Source of the DNA: a virus
Lineage: Duplodnaviria; Caudoviricetes
Reading direction: 5' to 3' (one strand)
Virus record (IMG/VR): IMGVR_UViG_3300035544_000079
Coordinates: 1 to 64,000 of that record
Length of the DNA stretch: 64,000 nt
Positions 1 through 10,870 of the stretch are shown here, piece by piece (the stretch's first letter is position 1; each line of letters starts with the position of its first letter). Made by a program: the position numbers and the translations under genes. The notes below the pieces were generated by a model. The model was given only the letters and a program-made list of their open reading frames with translations. It was not told the origin of the DNA and ran no database searches.

Positions 1-192
1 TGTTATCTTTTACTTCTTTTACTCTACAAGGGATATGCCCTATCTCTTCATCAAAACAGTAAACATAATCTTCCACTTTAAATTTATGAGTAGCATTATC
101 TTCTGAAACTAATCCCATTTTTTTAAACTCTTCTCTTAATTGTTCGGCTGTGTAAATCATTTTGTTTTTCCTTTTTTGTTTTTGTTGTTATA

Positions 193-229
193 ATTATGCC
201 TAAATAAACTTTATTTGTCAAGGGTATTT
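193..229 (-). promoter_or_regulatory. sigma70-type early promoter (TTGACA-N17-CATAAT)
   Basis: Minus strand AAATACCC-TTGACA (221-216), 17-nt spacer, CATAAT (198-193); upstream of a partial ORF starting at 160. Confidence 0.75.
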
Positions 230-484
230 ACTTAATCTTTTCTTAAATTTTTATATCTTACTACATAACTTCATAAAATAAACTCTGATGATAGTTACCT
301 AAAAATCCTGAGAATTATAATCATAGATATTATATCTCCCTACATAATCTTCTTTAGCAATATATATTTTATCTACTTTTAATGAAAAAACACTATTATA
401 ACATTTTACAAAAAAATAATCTTTTTTAATTTCCATTTTCTCAACCTTTTTGTTAATTTCTTATTACTCTTAATCTCTTTAAAT

Positions 485-763
485 TTACTGTTTGTTTAAA
501 TCTCTTAATGAATACATTTTATTTTTAAGATTATTATTAAACTCTTTAGAATCAACATTTAAGAAACTATTTCTATATTTAGATGTAGTTTTACTATAAT
601 TATAGTAAGTCTTATCTAGTGTTACTTTATTACTCTTGTTATCTCTAACTGCTACTATCACATCATAACTTTGAAAATATGTTTTATTATTTGTTTTAAT
701 AATAAATTGATTAGGTACTATGTTACCATTACTACTTATCATGTTTCTTACTTTAAATTCCAT
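485..763 (-). CDS. conserved phage early hypothetical protein
   Basis: 92-aa ORF with SD, directly downstream of a consensus promoter. Confidence 0.6.
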   Translation of the reverse strand: MEFKVRNMISSNGNIVPNQFIIKTNNKTYFQSYDVIVAVRDNKSNKVTLDKTYYNYSKTTSKYRNSFLNVDSKEFNNNLKNKMYSLRDLNKQ

Positions 764-795
764 TTTATATCCTTTTTGTTTTAATTTGTATAGTA

Positions 796-832
796 ATTAT
801 AGTATAAAATAAAATTTTTGTCAAGGGTATTT
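796..832 (-). promoter_or_regulatory. sigma70-type early promoter (TTGACA-N17-TATAAT)
   Basis: Perfect consensus: TTGACA at 824-819, TATAAT at 801-796, same AAATACCC upstream flank as the promoter at 193-229. Confidence 0.85.
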
Positions 833-1789
833 AATAAGAATTTGCTTTAATTAAGCTTAAATTTAAGAATTTTGAGAGGAGTGATATAATAATAATAGAT
901 TTGAGATAATAATAGTAGATTTGATATAATTATAAGAATAGAGTAAAAAAGATGTTTAATTAAGTTTGTTTTAGGGATTATTTTAATTAATGATTTTGAT
1001 AATAATAATTTTTATAAGGGGGGGGGGAGGTATGACGATATTGATAATTGCTATCATCTTATTCACAGTCCTAGAAATGAATAAAACAGCCTATATTCCT
1101 TAAAGTTTGCTTAAACAACTTTACTAAGACACCACAAACCCCTTCCATTTCTTATACTTCCTCTACAAGATAACTCTCCTCCTTATCCCTCCTCAATAAT
1201 CTTTACCACTTCGGTGGCTTCAACGAGAAGGTCATTAAGATAGTATTCAACCACCTACTAACATTACCTCTACCCAAAATGACCCCCTTCAATAAAATAT
1301 AACCTAACTAAAATTTAAAAAAAAGACCTAAAATAGTTTTTCTCAAAAATATTTCTTAGCAATACCTTTCATAAGTAATTACATCAGATTTAAAACTTAT
1401 ACCTTCTACCTTTAAAGATTTTAAATAAGAACTTATTCTTTTACAATTTTCCCTAGCCCACATATCATTAGAGTATATTACTAGGCTTTCATTTTTTCTA
1501 ACTCTTCCAAAACTTTCTATATACCTAGTAGACCTTTCCTGAGAAACAAAATTTAATATAAGTTTATCTTTTCCTTTAGAAATATCTTCCAAAAAGTCTA
1601 TTATAGCACAAAGGTTTTTAATAGTAGTCTTTCCACATTGTCTAGCCCTATACTTTATTAAATTAATATCAAAACCTTTATCTAAATGATAAAAATCAAA
1701 AAGACTATTTAATAAATTCTCTTGGTTAGGGTATTTTTCTAGTAAATACTTATACATAATTTCATTATGTTCTTTCATTTATTTTTCCC

Positions 1790-2203
1790 TTAAACATAAT
1801 AACTAACCTTATTTACATAATCAATTACTTTAAGTTTCTTTCCTTGATTTTTACTTATACCAAAACTATGCTCAGTACCTTTAGAAACACCATCCCAAAA
1901 AGCAATCCCAATATCAGAGTTCTCCCAAATATTATAATTACGCCTATACCCAGCACTCTTTCCGAACTTATTCCAATCAGGTAGTAATTCAATATATCTT
2001 TTGGAATCTTTATCAGACTCTCTTATAAAATGTTTATAATATCTTTTAGCATAATAATCTGCTCCTTTAGCCCCACCACTAACAATTATAAAAGAATTTA
2101 TATCAATATTATTTTCTTCTAAAAAGATTTCTAACTCTTTCTTGAATATCTTAGGCTTATTGAACCCTCTTGAACCAATTATTGCTACTTTAGTTTCTGT
2201 CAT
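1790..2203 (-). CDS. SLOG-fold (DUF2493/YspA-like) protein
   Basis: Motifs IIGSR, IVSGGAKGAD, PDWNKFGKSAGYRRN, AFWDGVSKGT; ATG at 2203 follows an SD-like AGGGAG. Confidence 0.8.
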   Translation of the reverse strand: MTETKVAIIGSRGFNKPKIFKKELEIFLEENNIDINSFIIVSGGAKGADYYAKRYYKHFIRESDKDSKRYIELLPDWNKFGKSAGYRRNYNIWENSDIGIAFWDGVSKGTEHSFGISKNQGKKLKVIDYVNKVSYYV

Positions 2204-2223
2204 ATTATTCTCCCTTATTTCCT

Positions 2224-2427
2224 TTAACTTTTCAAAGAACAAACCCCTAAAGACTTATCCTCTCCAACAGTTTCTAAAGAAATCATTCCTCTATAACCTT
2301 TTCTTGGTTCTTTTATTTCTTTATACTTCCAGAACACCCTCTAAGTACACTTATCAAAGATACACTCAGAGTTAATCTTTGGACAAAATAATTTAGAAGC
2401 TTCTTCTTTGGATAAATATTTATTCAT
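2224..2427 (-). pseudogene. small Cys-rich protein interrupted by in-frame TAG
   Basis: ATG 2427, reads MNKYLSKEEASKLFCPKINSECIFDKCT*RVFW...LGVCSLKS; TAG at 2343-2341. Confidence 0.55.
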
Positions 2428-5400
2428 AACCTCTAGCCCCCTTTACCTCAATAATACCCCCTTCAATCAATTCTTTAGCAAAAGGACTATAAAAGTAATA
2501 TTCAAAAGCTCTTTTATCATATATAAATTCACAACGAACTATTCTAATACCTAATTTAAACATTGCTTCATTGAAATTGTTTGAAGGTTCTAGTAAAAGT
2601 TCTTCTGATATATACATTTTACCTTGTCTGTTTTTTAGGTTGTTTTTCATCTAAATAATCCTCCTAATATTCTCATCCATTTAGTATAAAAAGTTTCTTT
2701 TTTATAAAGTTTTCCATAAGAACTTTTTACATCACCTTCTTTAAGTATTCTTGGTTCAGGAACTTTTGGTTTAATTTTCATATTAAAACCTTTAAAGTAA
2801 AATTACTAATTTCCATTTTAGAAAAAAGATTCATATAATTAAAGTCTATACTTTCTATTTGTACATTATACTTTTCATTAAAATTATTAATTAGTTGTTT
2901 AATAGATTTTTCTAAACCTGCCTTCTCCTCTTGTAACTCTTTTAGTGTCCTTTCTGTTCTTTCTGTTCTTTCTATTCTTTCTTTTGCACCTTTTATTTCT
3001 TCCATTATTTCTCCTTTTCTTTGTAGTCAATAAAATAAGGTAAATATTTGATAACATAATCCTTATGATATTGTTCCATAAATTTCTCTAAATCACTTGA
3101 CCAAGTATCTTCTTTTAATTTTATTATTATAAAATCTTGAATACCTCTTTCTAATTCATCTTTAAAAGAAATCTTATAAAAGCCCTTCTTAAAAAGATAT
3201 TCGTTATTAACCTTTTCTTCTTTTGTGTTATATATTTCAGTAATATTCATAATATAAACTAACACCCATAATATAGACTAATAATTTTATCAGCAGATTT
3301 TTTAGTCAAATAAAGCTCTGTATAACCATTATTTCCCAAGTTTAAACAATAAAGGGTATTAGGATTTGACCTCTTGTTTTTTATTTGTATATCAGTAATA
3401 CTGAGACTTTTTGGTAGTTTTATCTTTATACCATCTAATGTTTTTAACTTAATAAAACCTTTACTTTCTAAATAATTAACCATCTTTTTCTCCTTTTTAT
3501 TTGTTTTTATCCATTTTTATAAGTATATTATTCATTTCCTTATAATCAGCTAAAATATTTTCTATAACTTTTAAAGTATATTCTAAATCAGTAGATTCTT
3601 TTTTAAGAAGTTTCTTAATATAAGATATATTACTTAATCCTAACCCAATCATTGTATGTAAGGAATCTTTTTGGGTATTATTTAATAAATAGTTTACTAA
3701 TTCCTCTTGAGTATTATACGCAAAACTACAATCTCTTTTATTCTCTAAGTTATATCCCCCCTTAAGTTTACTCTTAATATTATCTAGTAATTTACTTTTT
3801 GGAGTAACTTTTGTTTCTTGCATCTTCTTAAAAGCTTCCTCAGAAATACTTGGTGGTAAATTTTGTATCATTTAATCCCCTTTAATTTAATTTAATTTTC
3901 TGTATTATAGTTCCTTTTGGAACATATAAAGTACTTGTATTTTTACCTAAACATTCATCATAAATAGGAATAGATACTCCTAATAAAAAACTAAACTTTG
4001 TAGGTGGAATACACTTCTTTATAACAAGCTTCGGAACATAATCTCCTTCAAATACTTCTGTTTTAAAAGCATCAATAGAAGCTAATATTAAAGAATTATT
4101 TTTATTCTTTCTATAATAAGTATAACTTTGTGAGTTATCTATATCCCCAATACCTAAAGTAAATTTCCCTTTTATACTTGAAGTTCTTTCTAAACTATAA
4201 ATTAGCTCTTCTGTTTTGATTATATTAAGGTTTCTTTCATTAGTATCTAGTATTAGGGTAAAATAAATTATAGTACCTATTATACTACTTATAACAACTA
4301 CTTTATTCATAAAAGAGTCCTCAACAGGTGCCTCTACCATAATTAAATACATAAGAACAGATAAGACACAAACTGTTATAAAAAATAAAATCGTTATTAA
4401 TAAAATTCCCATAATTTCTCCTATAATAAACCAAATTTATCTAGTAATCTATCAAACCAAGTAGCTTTTCTAAGTATAACATTTTCAGAGAGACTTAATA
4501 AATCTTTCTTAGTTAGAATTCCTTTAGGTTTTTTATGTATTAATTTCCCTAAACTTGTTAAGTTTAAGGTTGTATCAAATACTACAACAAAATCATTTTC
4601 ATTAATATTTAATCTTGCTAGTTTAGCAAGACTTTCCTCCGATAGTATATTAAATCTACCTCCAAAGGATATATTACATATAGTATTTTGCTGAGCTTTT
4701 AATCTTTTAGCTGGTTTTATAACTTTCATTTATTCCCCTTTTACTTCTTGTAATTTTAAATAACTTTCTTTAAAAAGTATCTTTTTTAGTACCTTTTTAA
4801 GTGCTTTTTCTTTTTCAGATTTTTCAATTAGCTCTTGTTGTTCTAAATTTAATTTTTCTTGTATATTCATATCTTTTTATACCTTTAACTTAGAAAGTTG
4901 TTCTTGAAAAGCTTTAAAAGACTTAATAGTTTCTTTGTATTTTTCAAGTTTTGTTTCTAGGACTTTATTTTGATTCCTAAGTGAGATAATATCTTTTTCT
5001 AAATTAGAAACTATACCTTCTAAATCCTCTACCTTTTCCTCAAAATCTCTTTTACCCTTTATTTCTTCATTTAAAAACTCTATATGTTCTTCTAGTTCTT
5101 CAATCTTATCTGAACTAACTTGACTATTTTCAAATAACTCTTGTTCTTCTTGTTCGTTAAGAACTACCTCAACACCGTTGCTTAAGGTATATCTTGTTAG
5201 ATTATGTCTATTACCTATACTTCCTATATATTCTTTTATCATTTTATTTCTCCTTTAAATATGTATTTAATTCTATCCCATAAACAAGCTTTTTTATATT
5301 TATTTATTTCATTTTTATACTCGTACTCTCTTTGTTTATAAAAAGCTTCTAACTTACCTTCTTCTGAGATATACCTTGCAATAGTTTTATTTAGATTAGA

Positions 5401-6047
5401 AATCTCATTAACATAATAATCCCTATCCGTATAATTACAACTCCAAATACTAAAACTATGAACAAGCTCTCTTCCATGTTTATATTCAATTTTTTCATAA
5501 TGAAGTCTATTTACTATTTGTTCGGCAAGTTTATAAGCAACCTCTTTTCTTAAATACTCAGTTGGCATAATATCTTCCTTAGCGGGGATATTATAACTAA
5601 ATTGTTTTGGAATTAGTTTAATGGACTCTATTACAATACCGTCTTTTATTTCTTTTGTTTTAATTTTATAATCTATAGTTTCTGTCATTTATTCCCCTTG
5701 TTTTGATTTTAGATAAGGATTTTTAGTATCCTTTTTTGTTTTAGCTTTTAAATAACTGTTTTCCAAGTTAATTCTCCTTAAATTTTAATCTATATTATTT
5801 TGTTGAAAGAACTCATACCAATCAATATCATCTTCCTCAGATACTCTTTTTGTAATCTCTTCTAAATCTAAATTCCCGTAGATAATCTATAAAGTAATTA
5901 CCCTTACTATCATTTTTTATCATTTTTCCTCCTTAAATTTGTTTTACAAGAGTATTATAGCTGATAGTTTATTAAAGTTTGCTGAAATATATGTGTTTTT
6001 GTATTTTTTATAAGATTTTTTTGTAGATTTAGGTAAGAAGAGGGTTT

Positions 6048-6668
6048 TTAGCCCTCTTTTAATTGTAATTTGTTAGTAAATAGTTTTTCAGCAAATTCTG
6101 ATACTGCTGACCTAGCTACTTTATGTAAAGTAACTCCATATAAGTTAACATCTGTTTCATAATCTTTTGTACAAGAATCTAATAAAACACTCAACCCATT
6201 ATTATATTTATTTAAAGTTGCTCTTATTCTTGCCATAACATCATTAGATATAAATATTTGTCTTTCTATAAATGTTTTAGAATATGTTTGTATAATTTCT
6301 ATTATCTTTAAATCATTTGAAATAGAACTATTATCAGAACTACTTAAGGTATATTCTTTTTTAGAAGCAATCTCAATAGGAATTCCATCTAAATTTAACT
6401 CAACAACTGAAAAGGTATCATATTCTCTTGTATCTAATAATTCTGTACTTGAAATAAGCCTTCCAAACTCTCTAGCATTAAATCCTAACTCATCCATAAG
6501 TGATTTTTTAGAATCCATTTCATCAATAACTGTTTCTGAGATAACTAAAATAACTTCTACCTCTTTATTATCTATTTCAGCTAGAACTTTTAAATTCTGA
6601 ACATCTAAAAGTAATATGTTTGTATCTATATGTTTATAAATTTTTGTTTTTTCTTTATTTTCCACCAA
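6048..6668 (-). CDS. PIN-domain protein (PhoH N-terminal-like, no ATPase domain)
   Basis: IDTNILL, VIDEMD, NDLKI, ISNDVMARIRA motifs; no Walker A motif follows. Confidence 0.7.
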   Translation of the reverse strand: MVENKEKTKIYKHIDTNILLLDVQNLKVLAEIDNKEVEVILVISETVIDEMDSKKSLMDELGFNAREFGRLISSTELLDTREYDTFSVVELNLDGIPIEIASKKEYTLSSSDNSSISNDLKIIEIIQTYSKTFIERQIFISNDVMARIRATLNKYNNGLSVLLDSCTKDYETDVNLYGVTLHKVARSAVSEFAEKLFTNKLQLKEG

Positions 6669-6719
6669 TCTCCTTTAAAAAGAACCCTTATTTAATTCTT
6701 ATTTAATTTATTATCTAGC

Positions 6720-7262
6720 TTATTTATAATATGTAACTTCTATATTATATTTTTTAAATAATTGTTCTAAAGTTTTTGTTAATTTTTGTTTTTTATCTTT
6801 ATATTGAGGTAATTTTTTCATATCCTTCATAAAATTACCCTCTAAAATAGCTTTTTTCAAATTATTATACGAAGTTTTTGTTAAAATTGGTTCTTTAGGC
6901 TTTTCACTAGGGTGAATATATAAAATATCCTCCGTATGAAGCCTATTTTCTTCATAATAATTTGCTAAATTTCTTAATAAAGAGGGTAAATCAATTAAAT
7001 TTTTTAAACCTAGCCTAATATAATTATTTACAACCTTACCTTCAAAAGCATTTACTCTTTTGTGAATTACACCCCTACAACACCCTTTAAAACAATCCTC
7101 TGAAGTATTATCTCTCTTACTGGAATGCCAATGGTCTAAAACTGATACCTCTTTAAGGTCAATTCCAAGAATAGGGCAAAGATAATCTTGTTCTTTAGCC
7201 CATTTTTCTCTTAATTCTTTTAAAGTTTTTGCCGTAAGCTGTACTTTTGGTTTATTTTCCAT
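6720..7262 (-). CDS. recombination endonuclease VII family
   Basis: QDYLCPIL...VLDHWH...RGVIHKRVNAFEGK, matching the endo VII His-Me finger. Confidence 0.8.
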   Translation of the reverse strand: MENKPKVQLTAKTLKELREKWAKEQDYLCPILGIDLKEVSVLDHWHSSKRDNTSEDCFKGCCRGVIHKRVNAFEGKVVNNYIRLGLKNLIDLPSLLRNLANYYEENRLHTEDILYIHPSEKPKEPILTKTSYNNLKKAILEGNFMKDMKKLPQYKDKKQKLTKTLEQLFKKYNIEVTYYK

Positions 7263-7732
7263 TATATTTTAAACTTACAATCTTTATACTTAGGCTCATA
7301 AAGTTCATCTTTAGGTTGTTCTTTATCTTTTTGCCACTTACCTTGACTACCATTCTTTTCCCAATCAGATTTCTGTTTAGGGTCTTGTTTTCTACAAGAA
7401 ATGTGTTTATAAACTTCATTATTTGATTTAACATTATCATAACCTAAAAGCTCATTAGCATTTATACTAAAAACTTGAATATCTTGTAATACATCTACAA
7501 AATCTTCTTCTGAGATTTCATTTCTTTCTAAATGTAAAAACCAAGTATTATAAAGTGCTTCAGTATTCTTATCAATAGCTTTTTTATCTGTTAGGAATAA
7601 TTCAAAAATTTCTTCGATAACTTGTTTTACATAAGTTGCTCTATCAATTGTTGTAATATTTCTTTCTGAACGCCAATCTCTTAAAGCTTTTGTTAAATTA
7701 AACTCTTCTTGATTCTCTTTTTTATTTCCCAA
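7262..7732 (-). CDS. MazG-like nucleotide pyrophosphohydrolase
   Basis: WRSERNI, IEEIFEL, VDVLQDIQVF acidic helical pattern of all-alpha NTP-PPases. Confidence 0.65.
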   Translation of the reverse strand: MGNKKENQEEFNLTKALRDWRSERNITTIDRATYVKQVIEEIFELFLTDKKAIDKNTEALYNTWFLHLERNEISEEDFVDVLQDIQVFSINANELLGYDNVKSNNEVYKHISCRKQDPKQKSDWEKNGSQGKWQKDKEQPKDELYEPKYKDCKFKI

Positions 7733-8673
7733 TATTACTCCTTAAAAAATTAAATATCCTGACCAAATAGCCATCCCAATACCAATAACTAAAGTTAACC
7801 CTTCACTAAATCTTGTAACTTTTTTGTTATGTGGGTATTGAACCGAAGTTAATTTGTACATCTTTTCACCAATAACAGTTAATATAAGTATAAAATATAC
7901 TAAAATAAATGTTTCCATCAAATCTCCTTACTTATTTTTAATTAATTTTCTCTTTAACAATTTTATCAACATAAAGATTAAGTAAACTAATACTTAAAAT
8001 ACATATTGATAAAATAAAACTTCCAAAGAAAACAGCTAAAACAGAAATTACTGCTAAAACTGTTCCTAAGAAACCAAATATATGAATTAAATTATTATAT
8101 AACCATAAATAAAACTTAAACATATTTACTCTTTACTCTTGTAAAAATTTATAACTTAAATAAATTCCAGTAATATTACTCAATAAAGCAATAGCTCCTT
8201 GTACCCACATTACAACAATAGTTCCTTCTAAAATATATCCTATAGTTATTACTGAAATAAATCCTAAGATAACCCATAAAATATAAATAAATGCAGAGAT
8301 ACCTAACTGAACAAACCCTTGTTTAAATATATCTAACTTTTCTTTATTCATAAATATCCTTTCTTAAAGGCTTTAACATAATAAACTACTTGAGGTAGAT
8401 TACTATTTGCACCATCTTTTCCTATTAATTTAGCTATATAAGAATCTAGTAAAGGTCTAATATCACTATAATTATTACCATCACTATCTATGTAAAAGCC
8501 ATCAACATAATCTAAAATAACTCTAACTTTTCCAATAAATTCATCTCCCTTTTCATAACATTCTGCTAAATAGGGAAATTCAACATAAGTTGGATAAGGT
8601 TGATTATCTAAAAGGGCATTTTCTTCATCTTTATTCATAAATATCCTTACTTTGTAAGTTATTGACTAGGAAA

Positions 8674-9654
8674 TTAATCCCAATCAATATTGTCATCATC
8701 TTCTTCAACGTCTTTATCATTAGTATTTTCCGAAGAACCTTTTACAGATTCTTTTTGGTCAGCTAAGAATTTAGAAACTGCTTTCATGTTTTGCATTATA
8801 AGTTTACTGAATGTTTCTTTGTAGTCATCTACTGAAATATCTCTATCAAAAACAGCTTTCTTAATAAAGTTTCCTTCCATATCTTCTTCAACTTCAATTT
8901 TAGCAACCAATCTTGACCTTTGTTTAGATTTAATACTTTCATTAAAATCATATAAAAAGTCTCTATCATTAGATTTAACTTTCTCAGACATCATAAATGG
9001 TTTCCACTCATTATTTACATTTACTAAACCAAAGATATGTGCTTCAAAAGAAACCTTTTTATTATCAGGAATGTTCTTTCTTGTTTCATATTTCTTAGGG
9101 TCTACATCAAACTCAGCATAAAGTTCTTGTCTAATTGTATAGAAAGACTTCTTAGAGTTCATATCAATCATACTCTTTTGACCTTCTGTGTACATATTTG
9201 GTGCAAAAGTTGTCGAAAAATTGTCTTTAGCATTTGGAACATATCTTGTTCCACCATATTGTACTCCAGTAATTACAATCTCAGGATTTGCTCCAAGATT
9301 TTCTCCCATAGAACTTTCTTCAAAGTTAAATGCTCCAGTATCTTTATCTTTAACTAATTTTGTTCCATAGTAATAAACACCACTTTCAAAATTAATATCT
9401 TTGTTCTTTTCTTTTTTAGCTTGTCTATTTGCAACTGTAAAACTTGCTTTTTGGTGTCCAGAGTTAAATTTAAGTAACTCAAATCCTTCAGGAATAAATG
9501 AAGAACTACCTCCATTTAATTCTGTATCAGAAATTTCCCCTGCGTCAATTAATAATTGTAAAGCTTCTTCTAGTGTTTCTGCAATTCCTCCCTCTACAAA
9601 TTCGTTTACTAAGTTAGTTTCCTCAGTAGTTAGTGTATGTAACTGTCTAGCCAT
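8674..9654 (-). CDS. putative single-stranded DNA-binding protein
   Basis: ~326 aa with acidic C-terminal tail (DVEEDDDNIDWD), own promoter, replication/nucleotide module context. Confidence 0.4.
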   Translation of the reverse strand: MARQLHTLTTEETNLVNEFVEGGIAETLEEALQLLIDAGEISDTELNGGSSSFIPEGFELLKFNSGHQKASFTVANRQAKKEKNKDINFESGVYYYGTKLVKDKDTGAFNFEESSMGENLGANPEIVITGVQYGGTRYVPNAKDNFSTTFAPNMYTEGQKSMIDMNSKKSFYTIRQELYAEFDVDPKKYETRKNIPDNKKVSFEAHIFGLVNVNNEWKPFMMSEKVKSNDRDFLYDFNESIKSKQRSRLVAKIEVEEDMEGNFIKKAVFDRDISVDDYKETFSKLIMQNMKAVSKFLADQKESVKGSSENTNDKDVEEDDDNIDWD

Positions 9655-9794
9655 ATATTTTCTCCTTTTTTTTAGCATATCTGCTTTTATGATTAACCTT
9701 TCGGCAACTTATTTGCTTAACTGTTTTGAACAAAGTAATTATACAAAAAGGTTCCTTAAAGTTTACTTTGTTCAAGTGTTATTTTGAAAGAATT

Positions 9795-10847
9795 TTATAA
9801 ATTATCCCAACCATTTAATATTTCAGGTGATTTATATGAAATACTCGTTGCTTCAAAATTGTTTGTTCTATTTGAAGTTTCATCTTCAACCCCAGATATT
9901 TTATCTAAATGGGTATATGGGTTCTTAACATCATCAAAAATCTTGTCATACCCTATTTTTTCTAATCTCTTGTTTGCTAAGTAATGAGCATTATCTTTAA
10001 TACTCGTTTCTGACATTCCTAAAATCTTATTACCAATAGCTTCATTAGAAAAGGCTATTTCCCATTGTACAGCCTCTTTAAACATATCATAAACCATTTG
10101 CTCTACTTGTTTTTGTAGCCCTTTAGTTTCTTTAAAACCTAATTTAATAATATGCTCAAATATAACTGTATGAACTAATTCGTCCCTTTTTATATAGCTA
10201 ATCTGAGTATTAGAACCAATACATAAGCCTCTATTAGCAAAAGTATGGAATAATTGGAAGCCATTATAAAAATAAACACCTTCTAGTAAATAATTTGCAA
10301 TTAAAGCCCTAATAAAATTCCTTAAGTTAGGTTTATTTATGAACTCTTGATAAATACTAGCAATCCACTTATTTCTTTCTAATAGAATAGGACTTGTTTT
10401 CCATAAGTTATATAAATGACTTGCTTTCTCTTTAGACATAATAGAGCTAAATATCCAACCATAACTCTTAGAATGTAGTGCTTCGTCCCAAGTTTGCCTT
10501 GCTAAAGCATACACAATATGTGGATTAGTTACATAGTTAGATATATTTGGTAAATTATTTGTTTGTAAACTGTCTAAAAAGGCTAAGAATGATATAACCA
10601 TATCATAACCATTTCTATCATCATCTGTTAATTTATTTTTATAATCAGAATCATCATCTGCCATTGATACTTTATGTGGTAGCCAATTGTTAGCATACAT
10701 TGTATCTACTAACTTATGAAATACTTCTGAATCTTTAGGAATATTAGTTAAATCAAGTATATTACTTGTCTCACCATTAAATACTTTTAAATCCTCTCTT
10801 GCATTAGGATTAAATAAAAGCTTTTCTTTTAAACTATCTTCAATCAT
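9795..10847 (-). CDS. nrdB: class Ia ribonucleotide reductase beta subunit
   Basis: LDSLQ, WDEALHSKSY (radical Tyr), LEGVYFYNGF, RDELVH di-metal motifs. Confidence 0.95.
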   Translation of the reverse strand: MIEDSLKEKLLFNPNAREDLKVFNGETSNILDLTNIPKDSEVFHKLVDTMYANNWLPHKVSMADDDSDYKNKLTDDDRNGYDMVISFLAFLDSLQTNNLPNISNYVTNPHIVYALARQTWDEALHSKSYGWIFSSIMSKEKASHLYNLWKTSPILLERNKWIASIYQEFINKPNLRNFIRALIANYLLEGVYFYNGFQLFHTFANRGLCIGSNTQISYIKRDELVHTVIFEHIIKLGFKETKGLQKQVEQMVYDMFKEAVQWEIAFSNEAIGNKILGMSETSIKDNAHYLANKRLEKIGYDKIFDDVKNPYTHLDKISGVEDETSNRTNNFEATSISYKSPEILNGWDNL

Positions 10848-10870
10848 TTATCTCCTTTCAATCGGATGTG

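Noticed and set aside
255-436. Possible homopolymer frameshift in a small ORF (QDF* versus QDFLGNYHQSLFYEVM)
   Set aside because: The 45-aa version is also plausible; cannot be decided without reads or homologs.
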